Below, one piece after another: positions 12,101 to 24,180 of a stretch of DNA of 64,000 nt (the first letter of the stretch is position 1; every line of letters begins with the position of its first letter). The notes beneath the pieces were generated by a model. The model worked only from the letters and a program-made list of their open reading frames with translations, was not told the DNA's origin and made no database searches. A program made the translations under genes and the position numbers. The DNA lies in the NCBI GenBank assembly GCA_964016885.1, contig OZ024741.1:351912001-351976000 (forward strand). Reading direction: 5' to 3'. Source of the DNA: Eledone cirrhosa (Eukaryota).

Positions 12101-13160
12101 GGCTGCGGCACCTCCACACATTCCTCACCGAACAACCAGCGTTGGCCCCATTCGTGAGGCGAGCCTTCCCGTGACTCATCTCGCTGACCGAGCTGCAGAC
12201 CTGGGTCAAGCAAAGACCGAGGAAAATGGGCGACTGGCACATTGATTGTGCTCAGGCGCTCACAGTCCTCTGGCAAACGGACCCGGCGATCAGTGGAGAC
12301 TCCACCTCGTCATTCTATAGAGGGCTAGTCCGCATCAATGGCGACGACACTCTTGGAGAAACTCTAGGCGTAGAGGAAGACGAACTGGCCAGTCTGTTCG
12401 GTAGGATCTTCCACCCGGGACCAATGGACAACTTCCAAAAGTCCCTGGTCTGGCAGTGCTACAGAGGAGCTCTACAGGCACGGGCACTCGAGCAGGGATC
12501 CTTCGAAAAAGATCTGTCCGAGATGCATGTGGGACGAGGAAACCGTTGCGCACACATTCGTACACTGCCCGGGTTTTACCGACCTGTGGAGCTACGCAGA
12601 ACAACTACTGTTGCGGGTGGGACAAATCCGGTTGACCACCGAGTCCATTATTGCAATCAAACCGCCACCTTCCTTCAAAAACGAAGGAGAAGCGGTTTTC
12701 CACTGTGTAGTTGCTATGGTGAAAGAGGCTATATGGTGGACGAGACTGAAAGGGCAGAGGTCAGACACCTTTCTCTCCGGCGAACAACTGATTCGCTTCT
12801 TGAAATATCATTTTAGAAGAAGAATCAGAGTGGAGAGAGAGGTGCTGCACCCCAGCAAATTTTACGAAAGGTGCGTGAATGTGGTAAGGATGGCCCGAGT
12901 GGTTGGGCCTTCTCTTTATATAAGCCTGTAGGTTGAGGAAGAAGAGGAAGAGTGGAGAAGAGTGCTCGCTCTTCGTGCTCCCGGAGATGAGGGTTGTACA
13001 TTTTTTTCGGGGTCTGTGCAACCCATTTGTAACGCCTCCCCGCTATTGGGGATTTCGTTTGTTTTATTGATCATTTTTGTTATACATTTTTACACGCCTT
13101 GTATATAAACTCCCCAATTGTATTTGTCCCCATCTCTTGCGCCCTTGTGGCAAATAAAGA
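9137..13160 (+). mobile_element. Tx1-clade LINE, decayed (partial ORF1 region; ORF2 9625-12931)
   Basis: EN motifs MANIRVGCVNVR, GDWNGILD, SYLDRFL, YSDHKLV, GPGYWKLN. RT motifs KSPGLDGLP, DQSKAFDRVDH, RQGCPLS. C-terminal Cys/His finger. Frameshifts are present and the YADD region is deleted near 11641. Ends AATAAAGAAA. Confidence 0.9.
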
Positions 13161-13547
13161 AATATATCTATATACACACATATATCTATATATATACACA
13201 TCTATCTATCTCTCTCTCTATATATATATATACACATATATTTATCTATATATATATACACATATATTTATCTATATATATATACACATATATCTATATA
13301 TATATATACACATATATCTATCTATATATATATATATACACATATATCTATCTATATATATATATATATACACATATATCTATCTATATATATATATATA
13401 TACACACATATATCTATATATATATATATATATAAGTTGAAAAAAATGAAAACGAAATTTCATTTCTCACTCTTCGTATGGCACTTACTTAAATGTAAGT
13501 ATGTATGTATACGTACATACATATATGTATACAGACGTACAGTAGCA

Positions 13548-13597
<50 letters not shown>

Positions 13598-13801
13598 CAG
13601 GTACACATACATATATGCACGCATCAGTTTAGCGGACGCTTATTATAACGCCGCTTTGTTCGTTTGTCAACAAACTGAACAGTTTCGTTTTCATTTTTTT
13701 CAACTTTTCGTTTTCGGTATGCCTGACCGATTTAACTCACTCAATATGCAAATTAGGCTGCTCAGCCGTTAATTTTCATAAGGAAAGTATATAAATCGAA
13801 C

Positions 13802-13888
13802 GTTCAACTATCTGGCAGATGGGTAAACGGTGCTGATGATAGCTAACAAGCTTGAAACTAGTACATCGTTCCTGTGTCAGTGTTGAAC
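13802..13888 (+). ncRNA. Type-I hammerhead ribozyme, copy 1
   Basis: AACGGUG CUGAUGA uAGCU-aaca-AGCUu GAAA CUAG UA CAUCGUU. Helix I extends through GGG/CCU, CUGGCA/UGUCAG and GUUCAAC/GUUGAAC. Predicted cleavage after GUA at 13863. Confidence 0.8.
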
Positions 13889-14265
13889 AAAAAGGTGACG
13901 TGGTTGCCTTAACACCGTATGGCATAAATTCAGGCTGTTCAGTTTGTTGACAAACGAACAAAGTGGCGTTATAATAAGCGTCCACTAAACTGATGCGTGC
14001 ATATATGTATGTGTACCTGTATGTATATATATATATATATATATATATGCATGCTACTGTACGTCTGTATACATATATGTATGTACGTATACATACATAC
14101 ATACTTACATTTAAGTAAGTGCCATACTAAGAGTGAGAAATGAAATTTTGTTTTCATTTTTTTCAACTTATCGTTTTCGGTATGCCTGACCGATTTAACT
14201 CACTCAATATGCAAATTAGGCTGCTCAGCCGTTAATTTTCATAAGGAAAGTATATACTTTCGAAC

Positions 14266-14352
14266 GTTCAACTATCTGGCAGATGGGTAAACGGTGCTGA
14301 TGATAGCTAACAAGCTTGAAACTAGTACATCGTTCCTGTGTCAGTGTTGAAC
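14266..14352 (+). ncRNA. Type-I hammerhead ribozyme, copy 2
   Basis: Identical to copy 1 at an offset of 464 nt. Predicted cleavage after 14327. Confidence 0.8.
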
Positions 14353-14483
14353 AAAAAGGTGACGTGGTTGCCTTAACACCGTATGGCATAAATTCAGGCT
14401 GTTCAGTTTGTTGACAAACGAACAAAGCGGCGTTATAATAAGCGTCCGCTAAACTGATGCGTGCATATATGTATGTGTACCTG

Positions 14484-14527
<44 letters not shown>

Positions 14528-14627
14528 TGGTACTGTACGTCTGTATACATATATGTATGTACGTATACATACTTACATATATATATATATATATACACAT
14601 ATATCTATCTATATATATTTACACATA

Positions 14628-14676
<49 letters not shown>

Positions 14677-14725
14677 CACATATACATTCTAACCCATGCA
14701 ACATTGAAAAATATACGTAAAACGA

Positions 14726-14758
<33 letters not shown>

Positions 14759-14984
14759 TACTTATTTCTTTTGCAAGATTTCTTATCTGTAAACATGTTT
14801 TGAAACAGATATTGGTGGGGGAGGGGTCATGCTGCCAATAAAAATACACACAATTGTTGGTTTTCACTTCGATTTATTATAAATTTGCAGTTGGTTGGTT
14901 TAATAACAGGATGGTTGTTTATTTATTGTCAAAGCTTTTTTGTCACACATGCTGTGACCTCCTCAGTGATTAATTTGTTATTTT

Positions 14985-15281
14985 GTGTCTCTCCTTGGTT
15001 ATGTCCTACACCATCTTGTTTTTGTATCCAAGGAAGACTGTAGGCAAGCACTATCCAGCCTAAACTTCCACAAAGTTGACTGGAAAAGGATTCAGGAGGA
15101 GATCATAAAGCAAAACTGTCTCTCTACAGGTGCTGTCAACGTACAACTTGAGCAATTCATTGAAATAATACAAGCTATATGCTCTAAGTTTGCCCTAGAA
15201 AGAAAGACCAACAGACACAAAAATATTATTCCCAGAGACAGGAAAATCCTTTTGAGAAGGACAATGAAGATCTCAAACTGA
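14985..15281 (+). pseudogene. Possible LINE ORF2 linker fragment (CR1/L2/Jockey-like)
   Basis: LNFHKVDWKRIQEEI...IPRDRKILLRR resembles the post-endonuclease NFxKADW region. Confidence 0.4.
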
Positions 15282-15725
15282 AGATCATAAAATGATTTGG
15301 TTTGTCACTTGATTTGAATATCTAAAAATTCAAGATAAATTTCATTCTGAATTTGCCACTATAGTACAGTCCCTTAGTGAACGTCAAGTCGATCTTCCAT
15401 GTGTGACATCACTATTTGCTGCCGACTACTTTAGCCATTACAGCAGTAATTTCTTGACACCCCAACTGGATGGATGGTTTTAGTAGAGGTATTTCTGCTG
15501 AAGAATTGATACAGAATTGGCTTGCATACATGCACGGTGGAGCCACTGTGAAAGCCAAATTGCAAATTGAACTTATCGAAGCACTCTGCACTTGTAGAAA
15601 CTCGAGATTTGAGACAGCCCCATTACAAATATCCATTTTGTTAGCACTCTGAAACAGCTTTGCACACTTATATGTTCAAACCCTATTTGGAATTTATATG
15701 TGCATATGAATTTATATATATAGGT

Positions 15726-15758
<33 letters not shown>

Positions 15759-15763
15759 AGGAA

Positions 15764-15941
15764 AAAATGCAACTGGAATCTTTTTAAAAATATTTATTTG
15801 GTTCCTTTACCAGTTTCGCAGTTCTTATGCTTTTCAAAAGTAGAATTGAGATGGAGGGTTTGTGGTTTTGAAAAGCATAAGAACTGCGAAACTGGTAAAG
15901 GAACCAAATAAATATTTTTAAAAAGACTCCAGTTGCATTTT
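15764..15941. repeat. ~76-bp-arm inverted repeat containing a U3-A8 variant hammerhead motif
   Basis: Arms 15764-15839 and 15866-15941. Minus strand reads uuc-ua-cuu UUGAAAA gca-uaagaac-ugc GAAA cugg UA aag-gaa. Confidence 0.7.
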
Positions 15942-16041
15942 CGATTTCATCTTTTTTCCTTATACTTTCACTCGTGCAAGGCATCTTGCTTTTTTTCATT
16001 TTGTAAAAAAACCTCATTTTCTAATATATATATATTTATAC

Positions 16042-16403
16042 AATGAAAACAAAAGGCTTAAGTGCTCAGATATTTCATTGTTTCACGATCGTTTCAGAAG
16101 GTTGAATGATTATGATAAACTGATGTAGAGGCGAATTGATAGAAGTTATGCTACTCCATATTATTAGTCATACTGTCTTTGTCAGAAACAATTGCTTCTG
16201 ATGAAGACAGTGAGATGGATCTATAGTATCGAGACTAACAATATGGAGTTACATAAAATTCAGCATCGTCTATGAGACGAATGAGAAACATAGAGGATGC
16301 TGAATTTTCAATTAATTATTATATTGATTTATCATGATAAATTAACCTTCTGAAACAATCATAAAACAATGAACTAATTAAGTATTAAGTATTTGCTTTC
16401 ATT
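16042..16403. repeat. Diverged inverted repeat with a decayed hammerhead carrying a long helix-II insert
   Basis: Plus strand 16191-16370 reads auugcuu CUGAUGA aga...ucu GAAA caauca UA aaacaau. The opposite arm keeps GAAACGAUCGU. A related remnant lies at 55510-55700. Confidence 0.5.
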
Positions 16404-17067
16404 CCTCAACACACATATATATATATATATGGCATTTTAGCTCATTTGAAGGCTCAACGAAATCCAATATGATGAAAGCCTACTACAAAAAAATAAAAGA
16501 ACTCTCATCCCCTGATCTCGTTGGAATTTTTACTTCTGTATAATATGGAGTTCTAACAGTGTAGATACCAAGTATGCATATATATATATATTAGGATAAT
16601 GCACAAGACGAAAATGGTTATTTATATCATATATATATATATATGATGGTTTCTATCTACCAAATCTGAATAATTTTGCCAAACGGTACACAGATTTCAT
16701 ATAACAAACAAGATTCAAGTCATTCAATGATGATACTTCATAATTTGACAAATTTTTCAATTGGAAAAATATTTCACGAGATTTTGTGAAAAGGCTGGCC
16801 ATGTTTTTGAATTATTGGAAGGCAGCAGCAGCAACTCCTTTGTAATGATACTACTGGTGTGTGAATCGTAGCAACATTAAAGAGCAGTTTTAATAGCGAG
16901 ATTAAAGATTTCAATTAAAAAAAAAGAAACTACCTTGTATATCTTATTAAATATATATTAATGTATGTGTATGTTGATATATATGATTATACGCATACAC
17001 ACACACACATGCATATATATATATATTTCCACATACATAGATGCAAATATATATACATATATACATG

Positions 17068-17247
17068 CAGTTGGATGCCCTTCCTAACACATGGTGTTAG
17101 GAAGGGCATCCAACTGTAGAAAACCCGCCAGACAGTCCTATGCGAGCAAGACAACCACTCTTGCCTCAAGTGGGAAAACCCCCGTCCAAACCCATGCAAG
17201 CGTGGAACACGGACGCTAAACCTGATGATGATGATGATGATGATGAT
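17068..17247 (+). mobile_element. RTE family A 3'-UTR fragment with 5' fold-back
   Basis: Tail CCCATGCAAGCGTGGAACACGGACGCTAAACCTGATGATG. Perfect palindrome with 23-bp arms at 17068-17116. Confidence 0.8.
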
Positions 17248-17942
17248 ATACACACACACACATATATATATACACATACATAGATGCAAATATATATATA
17301 TATAAGACAAGAGCTGAAAAATATCTTTTAACATGTTAAAATATCCCCCACACACGTACAGACACATTCCTACTGACCGATCCCTCTACCACGAATTACT
17401 CTGCTACACACACACACACACACACACACTTGTCTTAATAGGCATCTAAACTGTTGACCTCAGGCTGCGGTTCGCACACACATCCCTGCTGACCATTATC
17501 ACAACAACGAATCTCTTTACTGCTACTACACACACACACATATTTGTCTTAAAAGACTTATTTTTTAGTGACTCCTCAATCAGCGGAGACAAACCTACAT
17601 TTGTCGCAAAATCAATTTTTAACATTCACATGACCTCTACCGACCAATCAAAATTGTTTTGACCACAAGAATTTTTTCATACATCTGGAGCCACTTTTTT
17701 TCACATAAAACAGGTAGAATTTCCAAAACTAATCAGATTAGAGCAAACATCACGGGCGCTCTATCTCAAAATTATTTTTGAAAAGCATTAGAAATGCGCA
17801 ACCGGTAAAAACTTAATACCAAAACTGAATACTAACCAATACTATTACTAATTTTTACTTATTCCTAATTAAACTATTTTTCACTGGGAACAATTTGTCA
17901 GCATTTTCTTTTCCTTTTACCAATATATATATATATATATAT

Positions 17943-18027
17943 ATATTTATTAAAATAACAGATTAAAGTTTAAGGGTGAAAACAGCAATTCTTTGCTTAA
18001 ACTTTAATCTGTTATTTTAATAAATAT
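17943..18027. repeat. 32-bp-arm inverted repeat
   Basis: ATATTTATTAAAATAACAGATTAAAGTTTAAG and its reverse complement with a 21-nt loop. The loop plus one arm recurs at ~6982-7037. Confidence 0.85.
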
Positions 18028-18346
18028 TTGCTCTACGGTTCTTATATATTTGACTAGCATTAAAGCCTGGCGTTTCTCGGGGTCAGTAAGTTACCAAAGT
18101 TAGGTTGCACCACCCATTTTATGGCACCACTTTTTTGTCTGCTAGGCACTGGGTGAATGAATTGCAGACCTGGACTGCCGAAGCAGGAGCTGCGCCAGCA
18201 GTGACAATTGTAGTTTCGCCTATGGATATTATCTCTGTGCAAAGAAGTGTTGAAATTTATTGTTTCACAGTACTTGCGCAACACGCGCGTAGATGATGCC
18301 AGCTGAACAACAGAGCTGTGATGGAGTTGTTCTGCATGGTTGTCTA

Positions 18347-18532
18347 ATGTGTGTTTTCTAAATTTAAGACAGTAGGGAGGGGTGTCATATGGGGGGAAGA
18401 TAGCTGCTGTTTCTAGCAGGTTTAGTGACCTCACAGAGGATATGTGTTTTCTAAATTTAAGACAGTAGGGGGGTGTGTGATATGGGGGAGAGTTAGCTGC
18501 TGTTTCTAGCAGGTTTAGTGACCTCATAGAGG
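18347..18532. repeat. ~91-bp tandem duplication within an unclassified interspersed repeat
   Basis: TGTTTTCTAAATTTAAGACAGTAGG...GTTTAGTGACCTCA occurs twice. Confidence 0.8.
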
Positions 18533-19100
18533 ATATTATTGTGTATAGTAAATAAACTGATACTTCTTTCTTCTGCGTTCGTTGAGAGATGTTTTAAAAA
18601 AGATTTATCGCTATGTTTTTTGTTGTTGAATGAATTTATCTGTTGCTTTTGAATAATTGTTGTTTCGTATGAAATGTAATAAGTACTCTTCGTTGTCATT
18701 GAAGTAAATAAATGTTTGACCGTTCCACACTCAAAAACAAACGTTCTCTCTCTCTCTCAGTCCTTCATTTCTTTCTCTCTTCTTTCTTCGAAGTTTGTAA
18801 GTTTAAGCGTATATAAGAGAAAGTTGCAGCATGTATGTAGTTTTATCGAATTTTAAGGGGAGTAGAGAGAAGATCTCAGATTGTATTAGAGAGGTAAAGC
18901 ATCATGTATTTAGTTTTCTCAATTATTTCCGTAATTGTGGGTGAGTTTGAAATAAATAAATAGTCGTTGACCTAAGTTAGACCATTTACAACATTCTTAC
19001 AGACTTTGAGTCGAATTGGTTTGAAATTGTGCAAATGTATAAACATGGAATATGCACACAGACACACACACACACAACAACAATCTGCCTTTTATAGATA

Positions 19101-19278
19101 ATTGTTTCTACTTTAGGCACAAGGCCAGCAATTACCCAGTGCATTACTGGTACTTTATTTTATCGACCCCGTAAGGATGAAAGGCAAAGTCAACCTCGGC
19201 GGGATTTGAACTCAGATCGTAAAGGGACATAACTATGCTGGAAAGCATGGCATCCGACCCTCTACCGATACTGCCAAA
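19101..19278 (-). mobile_element. tRNA-derived SINE (family A)
   Basis: B-box-like GAGTTCAAATCC, core CTTTGCCTTTCATCCTTACGGGGTCGATAAAATAAAGTACCAG, tail GTAGAAACAATT. At least six copies in the window. Confidence 0.82.
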
Positions 19279-19341
19279 TGATATATATTTATCCTTATCG
19301 AGCCCTCTTTGGATTTTAGTCTTCAAATTTATTATTATTAC

Positions 19342-19388
<47 letters not shown>

Positions 19389-19389
<1 letters not shown>

Positions 19390-20540
19390 AAAATGTTTAA
19401 CCCCAACGGCAGAGCTCAAGCCGTTTCAACGGCTATTTCTGGACTAAATTAGAATTTTTAGCAATAGCCAAAGTTTTCAAGGGGTAATTCGTTATATGGG
19501 AAGATTATAGTTGTCAAAAGGATTGGTCAAAATTTCTTGTAAACACAATTAAATCTTTCATGGCAGTGGGTAAGGGGTGGGATAGCTGAACTTACCTGTA
19601 GAACAATGAGGGAGTGGGTGGAGCCGGTCAAGCTTTGAAGGTGAATTCTATACAACAAATTCTAAGGAGTGTGTATGAAATTAGGCTAGTTAAGAAGCAG
19701 GTGAAGAAGGATACTGAGAGTGGGTCATTATAGAAATAGTTAAAAAATTGAGATTAAAAGATAATAAATAAAAAAATAAAAATAATAAAAAATCTCTAGA
19801 GTCTAAAGCAGTTGCTATATTTTTAGCTGGTATTGCGATTTTGGCCAATGCTATATATAATTTACTGGGGTCGGGGTACTGAGGCAACAGAAGCCCGATG
19901 GGCTGCCTTGGGGTAGGCAAAAGAGGAAAAGGAAGAGGAGAAGGAGTGGAAGGAAGTGATAAGAAGATATAAAGGGAAGAAGAAAAGAAAAAGAAAAGAA
20001 GTACATCTACCTATGTATGCTGGAGTTTCCCTATCTTGTTCGGCAAGTGGGGAAAAGAAGGATGTTGCAGCTATTGTGTACCCACCCGGGTCATGAGGGG
20101 GTTTGAGGGCGAGGTAAGTCCTACGCAATCGGTATTCACATGCAGTTACAAGTTCGTCTTTTTTGTTTAGGAGTTGGTTCTTCGTAAGCAGCATTTGTAA
20201 TGTTTCCTCCGAGCATAAGTTACACGGATGGCGTCCTCCCATGTAGGAGTTAGCCCTGAACAGTAAGCTCCAAGTAAGGTGGTATGTTATGTTGTTATCT
20301 TGGAGGTTTCAGATATGGCCTGAAAGTGTAGTGGCATGTTGCCGGGTCGGGTTTCGGAACGTATGTCGGTGTTGGTAGAACCGGGTCTTGAAGTCGCAAG
20401 CGGTTAATCCTATGTAGGCTTTGTTGGAAGTTTCCGTCCTCACGTTACGTTCTTGGCATCTGTTGTTGAGGGAGCACGTAGATCTATCAGGGCAGTTACA
20501 CCTCCTGGTCGGCTCTCCTCTAATGTCTAGGTTGTTTCCT
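19389..20540 (-). mobile_element. Penelope-like element remnant (GIY-YIG C-terminus plus 3' region), Naiad-like Cys pattern
   Basis: Minus translation CNCPDRSTCSLNNRC...KAYIGLTACDFKTRFYQHRHTF...TTLSGHI*...W...CNLCSEE...LLNKKDELVTAC. An HHR-like motif lies at the 3' end. Confidence 0.8.
19397..19488 (-). ncRNA. Hammerhead-like motif (U3-A8 variant) at the 3' end of the PLE
   Basis: acccc UUGAAAA ...ggcuauu...aauagcc... GAAA cggc-uugagcucu-gccg UU ggggu. The base of helix II is irregular. Confidence 0.55.
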
Positions 20541-20849
20541 CCATATATACATACACATGATTATATATGTATACATATATACACATAATATGATTATATA
20601 TATATATATGTGTAGAACCCACACTGTAAAGTGGTCATGCAGGTGTCATGACAAAAAGCACACAGCCCACACTGTAAGGTGGTTGTGTAGGTGTCACAAC
20701 AAAAAAATCAGCCCACACTGTAAGGTGGTTGTGTAGGTGTCACGTCAAAAAGCACCCTGTAAGGTGGTCATGTAGGAGTCTCAACAAAAAGCACCAGCAC
20801 ACACTATAAAAGTGGTTGGCATTAGGAAGGGAATCTAGCTGTAGAAATC

Positions 20850-21474
20850 TAGTCACTCCAAGCAGCTACTTTCCTTTCCCCCTCACCTACCATGTCACCA
20901 CCATACCTCTCCAGTGACATATCCTCCTTCGCTTCTGCAACCCCTCTTCTGAACTCATCACTTCTCATTTCTTCTTAAACCCATCAATTACCACCTTTAA
21001 GTATGCCTGTAATCCCCACGACTACTTGATACACAGTTGCTTCCTTTCTTCTCCTAGGAGTCCACCCAGCTCCCCTCCCTATTCTCACTCCACTGTAACA
21101 CCTGTCCCTTTGTTTCTAACTTCACCACTCTCACAGGAACTAATGGTTCTTTCCGTATCTGCCACTCCTTCACCTGCACATCCACCCACGTAATCTATGT
21201 CCTCTGCTGTTCCCTTTGTGGGTCCATATACATTGGACAAACAGACTGCTGCGTGGCGGACCATTTCATTGAACACTTGAGGGAGATATGACCCAGCATG
21301 GATAAACCTATCTCTCATCATTTCCGTTCCCCAGGCCATTCCTCCCTATATGTATCAGTCCTTGGTGTCCTTTTACATCACAGATTGCTTGCCATCAGGA
21401 CTGAGCAGAGTCTGATTTTCTGCCTTGGATCCAGTTTCGCTAATGGACTCAACTCCCCTCCCCAATTTATTTAA
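20850..21474 (+). mobile_element. Penelope-like GIY-YIG endonuclease remnant
   Basis: VIYVLCCSLCGSIYIGQT...DHFIEHLREI*...PISHHFRSPGH...EQSLIFCLG...NGLN. Confidence 0.75.
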
Positions 21475-21699
21475 TTTTGCATACATACACATGTGCTTAC
21501 TTCTATACTCCTAGCTACTGTCACCCTTACTTTGTCCATTGTCACACATGCGTGCACATATTCACCCACTAGAACCCTATGGCTCTGTTACAGTTAGAAA
21601 CACATACTTTTAGAGCTTGTACAAAACAGCAACACCTCTACACTTATGAGATGCATACTAGATGCATGCATGCATCCATCCATGTGCATGGGACAGCAG

Positions 21700-24180
21700 G
21701 TCTCCTGTATTACTGCATAACACCAAAGATCTTCATCATGTGTAAATTGTCTTTGAGAGGTGCAATTGTGCAAGGTCAGCTTTTATCATCTCATTCCAGG
21801 TCTTCCTACTCCATAGCTTCGATTGCCCTGCACCTTTTTATACAGCTGTAATCCTTCAGCACATGGCTATACCTATACACAATCACCTCTCTTGCACACA
21901 GCATCTGACCCGTTATGCCCAATTTCTCTGTCAGTTCATTTACGCTTTGCCATTCATGTATATTACTATTACACATCCATTGGAGCATGCATGCTTCATT
22001 TCTTTCCAATCATCACAGGTTCTCTGCACACAGTGCTCAGTTACCCAGGTCTCACTACCATGCAACATTGTTGTTTGTATACATGCATTGTACAATCTAC
22101 CCTTTATTTAAGGGAAAAAACTTTTGTAGCTAGAAGTGGTAATAGCTCCCTGAACTTATACATCTATACACACACACATGCTGATGCAACTTCTTGTCAG
22201 AAGAGTGCCATCCCTTCATAGAACATTGCATGATCATTTGCATGCAGGTGACTTTTCAGATCTGCTTTTGTTTTACAGGTACGTTCACAGATGTGAAACT
22301 TGAACAGTGTCTCCTGGCAAAACCAGCTGGGATGTAGTTTACCATGTCTGGTCAGTCCCCCTGCTAACTTGCAAATCAAGCCACACTCACTGTGTGGTTA
22401 ACGTCCCTTCCAATGGCCAAGAAAAAGAGTTCATCAATCTTCATCTGAACAACTTTATGTCAGAGGGCTTCAGGTACTTTGGAATGGGTTGACATCTTAG
22501 GAGAGTTGATAAAAAAATGGAACATACTGGTAACATGACCCTGTTGACAAGTGTTGTCAGATATTTCTAGAAAATCTAGCTAATTACCCTAAAATATAAA
22601 AGATCACTAGAATGTTCTCTTATTTTGATCACTGTATTTTTTTCAAAATTAAAAGTATATCATTAATAACTTCTTTATACCCTTGATTATTTAGAAAATA
22701 CTTTAGCAGAAAACAAATATATATACTACGAATATTCTTTCAAATTTTAAAGGAAAGATTTTGTCAAATAAGAAAAATAATGAAAAATTAATTTATAGTT
22801 CTCTTATTTTGATTGCTACTGTATATACACACATGCAAACACACATATATATACAATTATACACACACATATATATATATACACTTGTCATGTTCCTTCG
22901 TCATCAACTCTGCCAGTTTTAGCAATTTGAGATCCGCTCTTACAACCTCTACCCAAATCTCTCTTGGTCGTCCTCTGCGTCTTCTTTCCACTGGCATTTC
23001 TTCACCCATCGGTCATTGTCCATACCAACACAGTCTTCTCTCCTGCACACCATCTCAGATTCCCCTTAAGCCCAGCTTCTCTCGCAGCTCATCTAAGCTC
23101 TGCCTTTCTCTCTCATTTACATTGCACATCCAACGAAATATGGTTGCTTTATTTATCTCCAGTTTATGCATATATTCTGCAGTCACAGCCCATGTTTCAC
23201 TATCATGCAGCATTGTGCACTGTACACAGGTATCGTACTACCTTCCCTTTGTACGTAGGGAGAAACCTTTTGTTGTCAGCAATGGGAGCAGTTCTCTAAA
23301 CTTCATCCATCCTATCATTATTCTAGCTATTACACTCTCAGCGCACCCTCCTAGCAGAAACTATCAACCATGTCTATGGATTGTTCTGTGACTGTCATTG
23401 GGTATGATTGTTCTGTGCCAGTCATTGGGTATGACTTGATTTACTATATGGGTTACTATTTTGGTTCCTACCTCTCCCGATGCTTTCAGCATCTCAGCAA
23501 CTATTTCTTATGGTCCTGCAACTTAACCATTTTTCATCTCCTTGATTGCGTCTTTTGGTCCTTCATTTGGATAAGTTGGGGGTAGTTTCTCTTTCTCCCA
23601 TTCATTCTCTACATTTATTAATCTGTCATAGTAACATTTCAAGGCCTCTTTTTGGGGGGCATCAGTGGCGCTAAGTGCACCAGCATCATTTCTAAACATT
23701 TTCGCCAACATCACGATTCACACTAACACACTTCTTCAGCCTCTCCCCAAGCTGTGTATACTTGTCGCCTAGCTTCATTCTTAGCTACTTTGTACCGGTC
23801 TTTCCATGCCTGTCTCTTGACTTCAATGGCTGCCCCTACTGTGCTGTTCCTCCACCAGGTCACCATCTGTCTGGCTAGTGCTTTACTCCAGTTGCATGTC
23901 TTGCCAGTAGTTCACAAAAGGTTGTCACGTAAAATTCTCAGTTGTCCTCTATGTTGTATGTATCTAGCTTGTTGTCCCTCTCATCAAGTACATCCTGTAG
24001 GGCCTTTCTAAACCTATATTTAACCGAGAATTCCTTTCGCTTCCATACCCTCTGTCTTCATATTTTCCTGCATGTCTTGTTCTGCCTTTTGTTTATTTTG
24101 ATGTCACTATTAACTAACTTGTGCTGGGCAGTGCATTCTTTTCTGGAGATGGCCTTAGTATTTATTACAGTTTGTTTGTC
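21700..24180 (-). mobile_element. Cluster of decayed RTE fragments (21700-22160, 22195-22560, 22885-24180)
   Basis: ERNEACMLQWMCN, CERTCKTKADLKSHLH and CYYDRLINVENEWEKE match the RTE ORF. Boundaries are approximate. Confidence 0.7.

Larger units (their letters stand above)
13433..14578 (+). mobile_element. Non-coding Penelope-type/retrozyme-like element: inverted segment plus ~1.9 tandem 464-nt units with hammerheads
   Basis: 13433-13682 is the reverse complement of part of the unit. Tandem units run ~13683-14146 and ~14147-14578, each with an identical HHR. No credible ORF. Confidence 0.75.

Noticed and set aside
19589-19615. Second CAG|GTAAGT on the minus strand
   Set aside because: It lies inside a Penelope remnant with a weaker pyrimidine tract, so it is more likely an element-internal signal or chance.
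20309-20311. In-frame TGA in the Naiad-like endonuclease as possible selenocysteine
   Set aside because: It falls at the expected Trp (HIW) position, not a Cys, so TGG>TGA decay is the simpler explanation.
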